Assembly (NCBI GenBank): GCA_017631635.1
Contig: JAGBSX010000004.1
Location: 1,692-65,691, forward strand
Length of the DNA stretch: 64,000 nt
Direction of reading: 5' to 3'
DNA from: Clostridia bacterium
GTDB lineage: Bacteria > Bacillota > Clostridia > Christensenellales > RUG350
A program made the translations under genes and the position numbers. The notes beneath the pieces are model-generated. The model was not told where the DNA came from. It searched no databases and was given only the letters and a program-made list of their open reading frames with translations. Below, piece by piece: positions 31,240 through 40,076 of this stretch (the first letter of the stretch is position 1; every line of letters begins with the position of its first letter).

Positions 31240-33076
31240 TTTGTATCTCCTTAACTGAATTGATATCTTGGTAGGCTATATGTTCTCTGATGTGTCTATC
31301 TATAGCCTCGTTGTCTCTGTGTGATATTAGTGCTTTGGTGTGTTCTTCTACGTGTAGTTTGTGATCGTCAAATTCGTTGACCGTAGCACCGTCGCCACGT
31401 AGTAGCGACATATTTTCGCTGACTGCTACCTTGTGATGTACCTCTGTGACGTCGGTGGCTAAGTCTGGGAGCGAAAATCCTAGCGCCTCCACTAGTTTTG
31501 ACTTCGCTCTAGGTGTGAGATTGCCATTTTCGTCATGTAGTAGTCCCATCTTGTACATCTCAATGAGGGTATTTCTCCTACTTTCTGGACTATACAGAGC
31601 CTCTGCTCCAGTCTCAAATACTATATAATCCACGTCGATATCTGCCCTAGAGAAATAGAATACCTCTATATCGCCATTTTCTCCACTGTGTCTCTTGAGT
31701 CTAGTACCTCCTGCGAACTGCTTGTATAGGCGTAGGATTTGAGAAGACAACTCCTTCATAGCATTCCTGATGCTGTCTGCACTACCTATCATACGAGTAT
31801 CGTCCTGCTCTAGTAGGAGATTGATAGCCTTACCAGATGCGTTGAGAGTAGGTACGGATGAATACTGCATAGTCTCACTCACTCCGCTGATAGAGGTAAA
31901 CTCCTTGAGCAGTCTCTCCTCTTCGTACAAAAAGTCGTTTGGCAAACTGCCACCGTCTAGTAGTCTAGGAGGGGTGCTACCTTGTCGGTATATGAGAATC
32001 TTGCCTGGAGACAATCCCTCTTCCTCTAGATTGTCCGTATCTACGCTACCGTCCTCTACTGCTAGCACACCCATAGATATACGGTTGATAAATTCGTGCT
32101 TGCGATTTTTGATAGCGTTGAAAGCCCTCTGCACAGGGATACTTCTCTCTATGACGCTGACTCCAAAAAATGCTCCTGGTATCAGCACCGAAGTCTGCCG
32201 GACAAAAGGAAAAGTCCTCTCTCCTCCCACTCCGTTGATATATGGCAAGTCTCCGTCGTAGAGTATCTTGTCGGAGGCTACTATAGTCAATCTGCCTAGT
32301 GGTCTATCCTTAGTAGGGGCTGTGTATCTCTCTATGACGATAGCGTGATTTGACTTCTTGCTACTGCTCATCTTGGGGACGGTAGCAGTATAGCCTAGTC
32401 CACCTAGCACGTCGGAGTTGTCCATAGAGAATACGTCCACCTCTTCGGCAGTCACATCCTCACCCCATATATCTTTGATATATGCTATATCGTATGCCTT
32501 GGCGTGTATAATACTTCTACAGTCACTCACTTTGGCACAATTTAGCGAGTCGGGGTATATCTCATAAGGTGGACAAACGCTGATCTGCACGTCTCCCTCT
32601 TTGATACTCTTTTTGTTCTTGACACCTATCGTTCTACCTGTCGAATTGTCCCAGCCTACCTTATAAAAGACCGTACCACACACCTCGCTCCAAGCATTCG
32701 CCTCGGCGCGAAGCGCTTTGAGATTTTTCTCCTCGGAGACTGCCTTGAGTATCTTGGTGGATAGTCTGGCTGTGTTGATATCCTCATCATCATTTGACGA
32801 CGGTCTCACGCTGACTTCGGCATCTACTCTAGTGAGTTTGGCTATACGCGTCTCCATGATAGGCGCTATATGATTGTATACCTCTCTCTCTTGCCAAAAA
32901 TACTGCTTGCCCACGTCCTCTATCTCTCCTCTAGGAGATATCTCCGTGTATTGATTGCCTAGCAAAAAGTTCATATTTAGACGCCATTGTAATTCGTACG
33001 ACCTGCGTTCTTCTCGTCTTCTGTCAAAGTCTCTATGGACGTCTTGCAATAGTTCTTCATAAAACTGTTTCTTCAT
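31226..33076 (-). CDS. phage portal protein (P22-like)
   Basis: 616 aa, with FLLGNQY, YNHIAPI, PVQRAFN and SISGVSE...SGKAI..LLEQD segments. Follows the terminase genes. Confidence 0.8.
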   Translation of the reverse strand: MKKQFYEELLQDVHRDFDRRREERRSYELQWRLNMNFLLGNQYTEISPRGEIEDVGKQYFWQEREVYNHIAPIMETRIAKLTRVDAEVSVRPSSNDDEDINTARLSTKILKAVSEEKNLKALRAEANAWSEVCGTVFYKVGWDNSTGRTIGVKNKKSIKEGDVQISVCPPYEIYPDSLNCAKVSDCRSIIHAKAYDIAYIKDIWGEDVTAEEVDVFSMDNSDVLGGLGYTATVPKMSSSKKSNHAIVIERYTAPTKDRPLGRLTIVASDKILYDGDLPYINGVGGERTFPFVRQTSVLIPGAFFGVSVIERSIPVQRAFNAIKNRKHEFINRISMGVLAVEDGSVDTDNLEEEGLSPGKILIYRQGSTPPRLLDGGSLPNDFLYEEERLLKEFTSISGVSETMQYSSVPTLNASGKAINLLLEQDDTRMIGSADSIRNAMKELSSQILRLYKQFAGGTRLKRHSGENGDIEVFYFSRADIDVDYIVFETGAEALYSPESRRNTLIEMYKMGLLHDENGNLTPRAKSKLVEALGFSLPDLATDVTEVHHKVAVSENMSLLRGDGATVNEFDDHKLHVEEHTKALISHRDNEAIDRHIREHIAYQDINSVKEIQNEQQ

Positions 33077-33296
33077 CTTGCTTTTCCTCTTTTTTCTTCC
33101 TATTTTTGCTCAACATATTGTTGATGCCTTTGGGGACGATTAGTTTTCCTATACTCTCGTACATCTCTCCTAGACAATGCTCGCATATGTTTAGTTGAGT
33201 ACGAATATCCCCTCCCTTACTAAACGAATAGGTTGCCAAATTGTCGCAACCACCCATATCGCATCTTACTGTAGTATTTAGTTTTGTAGTTATCAT
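33057..33296 (-). CDS. small Cys-rich (putative Zn-finger) protein
   Basis: 79 aa with CDMGGC...CEHC. Coupled to neighbouring genes. Confidence 0.6.
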   Translation of the reverse strand: MITTKLNTTVRCDMGGCDNLATYSFSKGGDIRTQLNICEHCLGEMYESIGKLIVPKGINNMLSKNRKKKEEKQDEETVL

Positions 33297-33559
33297 AAAT
33301 CCTCCATTTCTTTTAATTCTTCTAGCAGTTTTTCTCTCTCTGCCACGAGTTCTTCTTCACTCATATCGTCGTATTCGCTACTCTCACCATCTATCCCCAT
33401 GATTACCTTGATAGAGGACAAATCGGGTGGCACGTGTTTGGTAGTCACACGCCTCTTTTTGAGAGAGACCTCTCCGTCTACCACGTCGTATTCTTCTACC
33501 ACCTCTTGGGTGTCGTAGCCTCTTGCTTTTTTGCGCAATATCTTGTCTATGTCTTCCAT
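33293..33559 (-). CDS. terminase small-subunit-like protein lacking the N-terminal HTH
   Basis: LRKKARGYDTQE...TTKHVPPD matches the C-terminal oligomerisation motif of a firmicute TerS family. Only 88 aa. Confidence 0.6.
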   Translation of the reverse strand: MEDIDKILRKKARGYDTQEVVEEYDVVDGEVSLKKRRVTTKHVPPDLSSIKVIMGIDGESSEYDDMSEEELVAEREKLLEELKEMEDL

Positions 33560-35022
33560 TTTTTACCTCCGTATCTGCGTACTTGCCTAATCAGTCGATT
33601 TTTGTCCTTGCCTATCACGGACAACTGCTCCTCTATCTTGGGTGGCTCGGGGCGTGAGGCTACGTAATACCTCAATTCGTCTAGCGCGTGGTCGTCTACC
33701 TTGACAGGTCTATCACCCTTGCCGTAGCGATAGGATTTGAGTTCTCTAATCATATTGACACACGACCTAAATATAAATATCTTGGGGGGATCGGTAAACA
33801 ATCCTCTCACTCTAGCGATACCACTCCACACATCCTTGTCTACGCGAGTATTCACCACGATACCTCTATCAAAGAACAAATTGGCTACAGACTTGGGGCT
33901 AGAGAGTGTAGTCTGCTCGGCAGCACTATCTATGAGCGCTGATATACGCCCCTCTTTGTCGGTGGGCCACTCTAGACTCCTCGCTATATCCTTGATAGCC
34001 TTGGCATGATAATCTATATCTCTACCTGCCTCGTAATGCTCGGCTATCACGTATATATTTGAGTCGTAGTCCACTGCATAAAAGTGGCAGGACAAAGGAT
34101 TGTTGAGACCGGGGTCTATAGAGATATTGTCATACCAGTCTTTGGGTACGTCAAAGGGGTCTATCACGTGTATGGCAGGATCAAATTCGGGATACACTAG
34201 TCCGTGCTCCGACCTAAATCTACCGTATCTCCTACTGTCTAGGTCTGCCTGCGACATAGACTTCGTCAACCTCTCCACATCCCTAGGATCTAGATAAGGA
34301 TTGTCTGCCCACTCCATAGAGATATACCATATATCTTCACTCTGGGACAGATATATCCTATCGTGTACCCAAGTCAATCCTTTGAGAGGCGTCATAGTGC
34401 AATATATATCTCCACTACGGTCTAGCACTCTCATCACACACTCGTCATAGATATCTTCTGGTGGCTCTTCGTCAAACCAAACGTAGTCGAGAGACGCTCC
34501 TTGAAATTTTTCTCTACCAGCCTCGCAACTCTTGAAACTAATGGTAGAGGTCGTACCGAATACGTTGCGTATAGTCACGTAGTCTATGATACCATTTTCG
34601 GGAGATGCCCTAGAGCCACTCACCATACCTATCGACACTATCCAAGATGGTGGGAGATATGAGAGTATTTTCTTCTGGGCGACGTCTCTCTGCACCTCAT
34701 AACTGAGTGAGACTACCCAGCCCGTCACACCTGCCTTGTTGGGTAGATAAGGATGTATACCTCTAGCCCTCCATATCGTTTCTACTGCGCCACACTCCGT
34801 CTTGCCACTACGATTTCCTCCAAAAACAAAACGGACCTTTTTGCCCGCTTTGTGAAATGCTATTTGTTTGTGGTGAACCTTGTCCTTGTTGTAGTTATTT
34901 AGTCTAAATTCTGCACGCCGTAGATACAGGTGCTTGTCTATTTGCTTGATTTTGTTGATGATAGTAGATGCGTCCTTGATGCTTTCGCTAGCATCTACTG
35001 TTTTTCGACTGTTTTTTTGCAT
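33547..35022 (-). CDS. terminase large subunit (P22-like)
   Basis: Walker A GGNRSGKT, Walker B VWFDEEP, coupling motif TMTP, nuclease acidic residues ISIDPG and DDHALDELRY. Confidence 0.92.
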   Translation of the reverse strand: MQKNSRKTVDASESIKDASTIINKIKQIDKHLYLRRAEFRLNNYNKDKVHHKQIAFHKAGKKVRFVFGGNRSGKTECGAVETIWRARGIHPYLPNKAGVTGWVVSLSYEVQRDVAQKKILSYLPPSWIVSIGMVSGSRASPENGIIDYVTIRNVFGTTSTISFKSCEAGREKFQGASLDYVWFDEEPPEDIYDECVMRVLDRSGDIYCTMTPLKGLTWVHDRIYLSQSEDIWYISMEWADNPYLDPRDVERLTKSMSQADLDSRRYGRFRSEHGLVYPEFDPAIHVIDPFDVPKDWYDNISIDPGLNNPLSCHFYAVDYDSNIYVIAEHYEAGRDIDYHAKAIKDIARSLEWPTDKEGRISALIDSAAEQTTLSSPKSVANLFFDRGIVVNTRVDKDVWSGIARVRGLFTDPPKIFIFRSCVNMIRELKSYRYGKGDRPVKVDDHALDELRYYVASRPEPPKIEEQLSVIGKDKNRLIRQVRRYGGKKWKT

Positions 35023-35100
35023 ACAATTTGTATTCCTCCTACCTTAGGTATGCTCTAATTCTTTGATTTTTTTCTAACTTCGTGATATAATGCTATAGAG

Positions 35101-35865
35101 GTGCGTATGAAAAAGTTAGCAATCATACTATTTTCTATAGCGATTATGATATCTAGTCTGTCCACCGTTGCTCTAGCAAACGGTAGTTCGCAGGCGTATT
35201 TTAAGGTGACTTATCCTAGCGCCGTACTGTACGTAGATAGTGAGTGTACCCAAGTATATTTTGGCATCACCGAGAACTGCTACGTAGAGATGCTCACTAA
35301 TGGCACGGAGACTTGTAGAGTCTCCTATATGGATATAGAGGGCTATATGGACAGGTCTCACCTATCCGCATCTCCTGCCGAATCTTGGGTGACTGATTAT
35401 CATCACCAAGAGAAGACTATCACTTCGTCAAGGAAGTCATTCCTCTACACCTCGATAGACCTAGAGGACAGTATCGCCGAGATATCCAAAAATGCTACTC
35501 TCACAGTCATAGGTATATATCCACTAGACACTACCCTACTATATTGTAGAGATTCTCTAGGCAACGTAGGATACGTAGAGAGTGGAGATACTAGTTGGTC
35601 TAGTAGTGACACACTACTACCTCCTATCAATTCCAACGGCTCGACCTCTGATGACAATGGTGGCTCTACACCACCACCGTCAAGCGACGTGTCAAACAAC
35701 GCCGACCCTCTACGCATAATACTCATACTAGGCATATGCATACCTGCAGGTATTATCGTATATCTATTGTTCAAACCTGTCACCAAGGTAGACAATAGAT
35801 ACATCAGCGACTCTCCCAAGAAGAGAGGATACTTCGAGGTAGAGGACTACGATTACGAAGAGTGA
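35101..35865 (+). CDS. secreted, membrane-anchored protein with putative SH3b-like repeats
   Basis: Signal peptide, two segments ending in GY[MV], a Ser/Pro/Gly linker, a C-terminal TM helix and an acidic tail. TGN-TATAAT promoter at about 35074-35082. Confidence 0.6.
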   Translation: MRMKKLAIILFSIAIMISSLSTVALANGSSQAYFKVTYPSAVLYVDSECTQVYFGITENCYVEMLTNGTETCRVSYMDIEGYMDRSHLSASPAESWVTDYHHQEKTITSSRKSFLYTSIDLEDSIAEISKNATLTVIGIYPLDTTLLYCRDSLGNVGYVESGDTSWSSSDTLLPPINSNGSTSDDNGGSTPPPSSDVSNNADPLRIILILGICIPAGIIVYLLFKPVTKVDNRYISDSPKKRGYFEVEDYDYEE

Positions 35866-36359
35866 TGATATCCACTCGTGACCAATCGTAGCATCTTTTG
35901 AAAGAGCGTCTCCTCTGCGTACTCCGTCTGGATACGCGTGGCGTCATACCCTACCGAATCAAAATATTTTTGAATAAGTTTGATAGCAGTAGCGTATCTC
36001 CTATAGTAGGTACGTATAGATATTTGCAATGATTTAGCGATGGTGTTTGAATCCATCGCTTTAAAATACTTCAATATCAATACTTTTGAATATATATGAG
36101 GTATATGTGCTAGCCCCTTGTCCACCAATACCTTCATATTGACGATACCTGCCAAACGGTGATTGAGTTGTATAGTAGTCGCTAATAACTTGTCCGTAGA
36201 TATGTGGTGCTTGACGTCATAATCAAACTTGACTCGTTCTCTGAGGTCCTCATTGAGCGCCCTATAATATTTGCCCAAATATCTGTAGCAATAAAGCAAC
36301 GTCTTAGTGTAAGTGTAGTCCAAAATAACGGACTCACTAGCCGTTTTGATAGATTTCAT
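35853..36359 (-). CDS. ArpU/RinA-like or sigma region-4-like HTH transcriptional regulator
   Basis: Start MKSIKT with AGGAGG RBS. C-terminal LILKYFKAMDSNTIAKSLQISIRTYYRRYATA is a region-4-type HTH. Confidence 0.65.
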   Translation of the reverse strand: MKSIKTASESVILDYTYTKTLLYCYRYLGKYYRALNEDLRERVKFDYDVKHHISTDKLLATTIQLNHRLAGIVNMKVLVDKGLAHIPHIYSKVLILKYFKAMDSNTIAKSLQISIRTYYRRYATAIKLIQKYFDSVGYDATRIQTEYAEETLFQKMLRLVTSGYHHSS

Positions 36360-36582
36360 ATTGTGCCTCCTGATTGTAGCGAATTCGCCATCGACCTTGG
36401 GGCTAAAGTCGTGGTACAACTTCGCCTGTATGATTTGATTATATACCCTGATTTTCGCTAAAGTCAAGATTGCGTGCCACAATCGACCAAACTAGTCATT
36501 ATAGTACCATTTTCGACACTTTTCGCTCGATTTATGGCAGACTTACTGCCACTTGTCAAGCCCCTTTCCACCCCCAAAAAGC

Positions 36583-36765
36583 AAAAAAAACACCACCCGT
36601 TAGGGTGTGTTCAATAGAGATTTTTCTCTTATTGGGAGTGGTACGGCACATAGCCGTGCCACTTCCTTTTTTCGTTCAAAAGACTTGCGGGATTGCGCCC
36701 ACTCCGTTGTAGAATATTTCTACTGCCTCTTTTCTTTTGCCATTCGCCTTTTTCGATTGGTGGTA
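36583..36765 (-). ncRNA. candidate structured small RNA or leader
   Basis: TTGACT-17-TATAAG promoter (36794-36766), four hairpins, then a terminator ACACACCC/GGGTGGTGT plus T8. No matching family recognised. Confidence 0.4.
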
Positions 36766-36862
36766 CTTATACAATATAATTTAAGTAAAGTCAACGCCGA
36801 CCTATCCAAAAATACGGACATGTCGGCGTTTTTGAAAAAAGTTTTTCAAATTGGTCAAATTA

Positions 36863-37279
36863 TTATAAATCTTCTTTTATATAATTATATGTACTAACAT
36901 CGATTTCTCCATTGTAAAACTTATCTATAAGCTTTCTATACAAAGATCTATTCGTCTCGTCTATAAGATAAAATAGAGTTAAAGAAGATTGTAATTTAAT
37001 CGCATCTATTTCTCCCATAATTATTGTGGGGCTATTTTCTTTTGTTTGCAACAATATATTACAACACTCTAAATACCGATTGTGTAGAAGTTTATTAGAA
37101 CAAAAAGTTTTTGCCTCCTCTACGTCAGCAATTCCATAAAAAACAGCCCTATCACTTTTCCCAAGAAATCGTAACTGCGGGAAAATATACCACATCCAAT
37201 GAGTTCTCTTTTTCTCATTGCGAAGTTCTTCTATAACATTTTTATAAACATTTTCTTGTGCTTTAATAAATCGTTCCAT
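36863..37279 (-). CDS. DUF1810-family protein
   Basis: MERFIKAQ...KRTHWMWYIFPQL and DAIKLQSSLTLF motifs. Confidence 0.85.
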   Translation of the reverse strand: MERFIKAQENVYKNVIEELRNEKKRTHWMWYIFPQLRFLGKSDRAVFYGIADVEEAKTFCSNKLLHNRYLECCNILLQTKENSPTIIMGEIDAIKLQSSLTLFYLIDETNRSLYRKLIDKFYNGEIDVSTYNYIKEDL

Positions 37280-37331
37280 CTTTAGCCATTTCTCTCCTTT
37301 GTTATTTTACTGATTCTTCGACGGGAGCGAT

Positions 37332-37685
37332 TTACTCCATAGGTTTAATCATTGATTCGATTAAGATGATTTCATCTTCGGTTAAAGCTTTATGCCAATC
37401 TTTACGCAATTCGTTAAGTTTCTTAAATCCTTGTATAATTAAAAAGTTTTCAGCATTTATAAATTGTTGCCTGTAATCATCTTCTGCCGGCATATTGTTT
37501 CTATTCGCAGTATTCCATAGAACTCTCTCTAAAAAATACTTGTTAGTCAAATCGAATATATGCCTTTTCATCTCTTCAAATCTATTGTAATAATAAAGTG
37601 TGCGAAGTTTATCAACATCATCTAACAAATCTTTTATTTCTTTAATATCCTTAAAAGTTTCCAATGTCGCTCTAAAGTCACTCAT
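37332..37685 (-). CDS. hypothetical protein
   Basis: 117 aa with AAGGAGG RBS. No recognised motif. Confidence 0.65.
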   Translation of the reverse strand: MSDFRATLETFKDIKEIKDLLDDVDKLRTLYYYNRFEEMKRHIFDLTNKYFLERVLWNTANRNNMPAEDDYRQQFINAENFLIIQGFKKLNELRKDWHKALTEDEIILIESMIKPME

Positions 37686-37911
37686 TTTTATTTTCCTCCT
37701 TTGTTTTTCTTGGATTATATAACAAAGTTGTTAAACTTAATCTTGACAAATCCTTAACAAAACTTAATTTTGCTTATTATATCATGAAAATTGCAATTTG
37801 TGTATCTACAAAACATCTACAATTGGACTACTTTCGGGATATTTTTACTATTTTTTAATAAAAAAATTAAATTATACTCGTCCTATTTTTCACTATAAAT
37901 GCTATCCCAAA

Positions 37912-40014
37912 TCAATTATCTTCCCCAACTGCAATCTGAAACCAACCAACTAAATCATATATCTCTATCAATTGTTTTGCATAATATCTAGCACGATTAG
38001 AACTAATGCACCCCTCAACATAATAAATCGTACCTTTTATTCCAATTGGTTCTGTAAGTAATGTTGAATTATCGGAAATTATAGGGTCTTTCAAACCTTC
38101 AATTTTTTTCGATGTAGATTTATGTACCGTGTTATTTTCAACTATTTCCACAAATTTCTCTCGATCGAAATCGTACAGAATTTCACAAACAATTGGTAAT
38201 ACGTCTTTCCATTTAGTAATTGGATATTCTTTATCGTCAAATCTAATCAAAGTGGGCTTTTCGCCTTCCATTGGTGTAACATCATCAGACATATCGTAAA
38301 CACCTGCTTCAAATTCAAATGTAGGTGCCTTGGTATCATAATCGCGAGTACGTTTTAACGGAGCAGTGATGGCTATGCAAATCCTGTTCGCAATTTCTTC
38401 ATTTCTATCCTTTATTTGTTCTTCTTTCCACTCACGATATTTATCGTTTTTTGCTATTTCATTTGTAATTACAAATTGAACGTCCGCAATATGTTTTAAT
38501 TTTACACCCCAAGCTTTATTTGAATTTTTAGAATTGTAACCTTGCGACATAGGAACTAAATTTCCTATACAATTCAAATACTTATTGCGCATATCTTTTG
38601 CGTTTTCTTCACCGCCATAATATTGAATCCACCAAGGGGAGAATGTTTGTGGCATAAGATGTTCCATTGTTACTTTGGTTATATCCACAGGAATATTGCA
38701 CCGTTCGTATTCTTCGGTCTTTACCAAAATAGCCCTTGCGTAATTAACATTAACACTTTCTTTTAGGTTTTGCTTAAATTCTTCATCGTCCGGGAATCTT
38801 CCTGCGGGAGAACTGCTATTTGATAACTCAAAATAGATATTATCATAACTACATTCTAAGCCGCCGTCAATCTTTCTTAATAATTGGTTGACGACAGTTC
38901 TCATTGCACCCCCACCACCTGAAACAGCACAAACTCTATACCTTGCCATATAATCAAACAATAAGTTCAATATTTTTTCAAGCTCTCTCGACTTGTTTAT
39001 ATACAGTTTATCAAACAAGCATAAATATAGTGGCATTAAATCGTCTGTTTTCAAAAGATTTAACATAATTATAAGCTTGTTTATCTTTTCATTTTCACAA
39101 TTTTCGAACTTGAAATAGGCAAAATATTTTGCATATCTACTCATTTCATCAAGAATTTCTATGTGGGTTATTTCTGGTTGATTTACATAATCATCTCTGA
39201 ATTTTTTATAAATCTTTTCCTGTTCAACATCTTCAAAGATTTTCATAACCAAAAAATCGCGAGCAAATCTTGAAATGTTTTCATTTGAAACAGTTCTTTC
39301 AATTTTTATCCAATAATTTTTATACAACAACTCTTGTTCTTCAATGGAATTGGAAAGCAACAAGCAGTTTCTTATCAAATCCGCAGGCGATAATCTTTTT
39401 CCTGTCGAATTGATTTTTTCAAAGACGGTTTGTACCGCTTCAAGATTATCTTCTATTTGCAAGTTTACATCAACAACTTCCAACTTCGTAATAGTATTAT
39501 AAATATCTTTAAGTGGAATCGACGATTCCCTTAACAACGAGATAAAATGAAAATAGTTTTTAATGATATTATTTTTCTTGTCGTTTTCTCTTACTAGACC
39601 TTTTACAACCATATTGAAACTATCGGCATCATACGACGTTTGTTTTAATCTAACTCTATATAAATCTCCGCCATTGTCGTTCTCTAAATATCTAATCGTG
39701 ATATTTTCGTCGGGAATATTTTGTCTTTTCATTTCATCACGAATTGCACACAATAAAAGTAGAATCGTTGTAACACGTTGTTGTCCGTCAACCAATATAA
39801 ATTCACTAAACGAAGCTCCATTATTTTTTCCTTCATAGTAAACTATATTACCAAGGTAATGCGTTTTTTTAGACTTATAGGAATTAATTATATCTTCAAA
39901 TAATTCATCGCATTGTTCGAACGACCATTCGTAATTACGTTGAAAGGGTGGAATAATAAATACTTTATCCAATCCACCTATAAACTTCAAAATGTTTGTT
40001 TCGCTTGCTTTCAT
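37912..40014 (-). CDS. GmrSD-type modification-dependent restriction protein (DUF262 + DUF1524 HNH) with extra C-terminal domain
   Basis: IPPFQRNYEW, VDGQQRVTT, FEKINSTGKRLS, and TMEHLMPQ...IGNLVP..NSKNSN. About 140 extra C-terminal residues. Confidence 0.88.
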   Translation of the reverse strand: MKASETNILKFIGGLDKVFIIPPFQRNYEWSFEQCDELFEDIINSYKSKKTHYLGNIVYYEGKNNGASFSEFILVDGQQRVTTILLLLCAIRDEMKRQNIPDENITIRYLENDNGGDLYRVRLKQTSYDADSFNMVVKGLVRENDKKNNIIKNYFHFISLLRESSIPLKDIYNTITKLEVVDVNLQIEDNLEAVQTVFEKINSTGKRLSPADLIRNCLLLSNSIEEQELLYKNYWIKIERTVSNENISRFARDFLVMKIFEDVEQEKIYKKFRDDYVNQPEITHIEILDEMSRYAKYFAYFKFENCENEKINKLIIMLNLLKTDDLMPLYLCLFDKLYINKSRELEKILNLLFDYMARYRVCAVSGGGGAMRTVVNQLLRKIDGGLECSYDNIYFELSNSSSPAGRFPDDEEFKQNLKESVNVNYARAILVKTEEYERCNIPVDITKVTMEHLMPQTFSPWWIQYYGGEENAKDMRNKYLNCIGNLVPMSQGYNSKNSNKAWGVKLKHIADVQFVITNEIAKNDKYREWKEEQIKDRNEEIANRICIAITAPLKRTRDYDTKAPTFEFEAGVYDMSDDVTPMEGEKPTLIRFDDKEYPITKWKDVLPIVCEILYDFDREKFVEIVENNTVHKSTSKKIEGLKDPIISDNSTLLTEPIGIKGTIYYVEGCISSNRARYYAKQLIEIYDLVGWFQIAVGEDN

Positions 40015-40076
40015 AAAATTTCTCCTTCGTTTTTTCTATTCTCTACACTAAATATGACAGTTTTGGTCATATTTAC

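Larger units (their letters stand above)
25498..35022 (-). other. domesticated podovirus-like virion-assembly operon (GTA-like candidate)
   Basis: Co-directional, mostly overlapping or abutting ORFs: terL, terS-like, portal, scaffold, capsid, adaptor/nozzle-like, holins. No integrase, repressor, replication or att sequences seen. CTAG-rich like the core genes. Confidence 0.75.

Noticed and set aside
25498-35022. Complete inducible prophage
   Set aside because: No integrase, repressor, replication, endolysin or att repeats. Both ends abut host-type genes, and composition is host-like.
35030-35130. Sigma-G/E/K promoter for the terminase operon (CATACCTA, CATTATA)
   Set aside because: The -10-like words lack correctly spaced -35 elements.
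36632-36672. T-box riboswitch (TTGGGAGTGGTACGGC resembles the T-box sequence)
   Set aside because: The bulge reads UGGUACG, not UGGNACC. There is no stem I or specifier loop upstream, and no amino-acid gene downstream on that strand.
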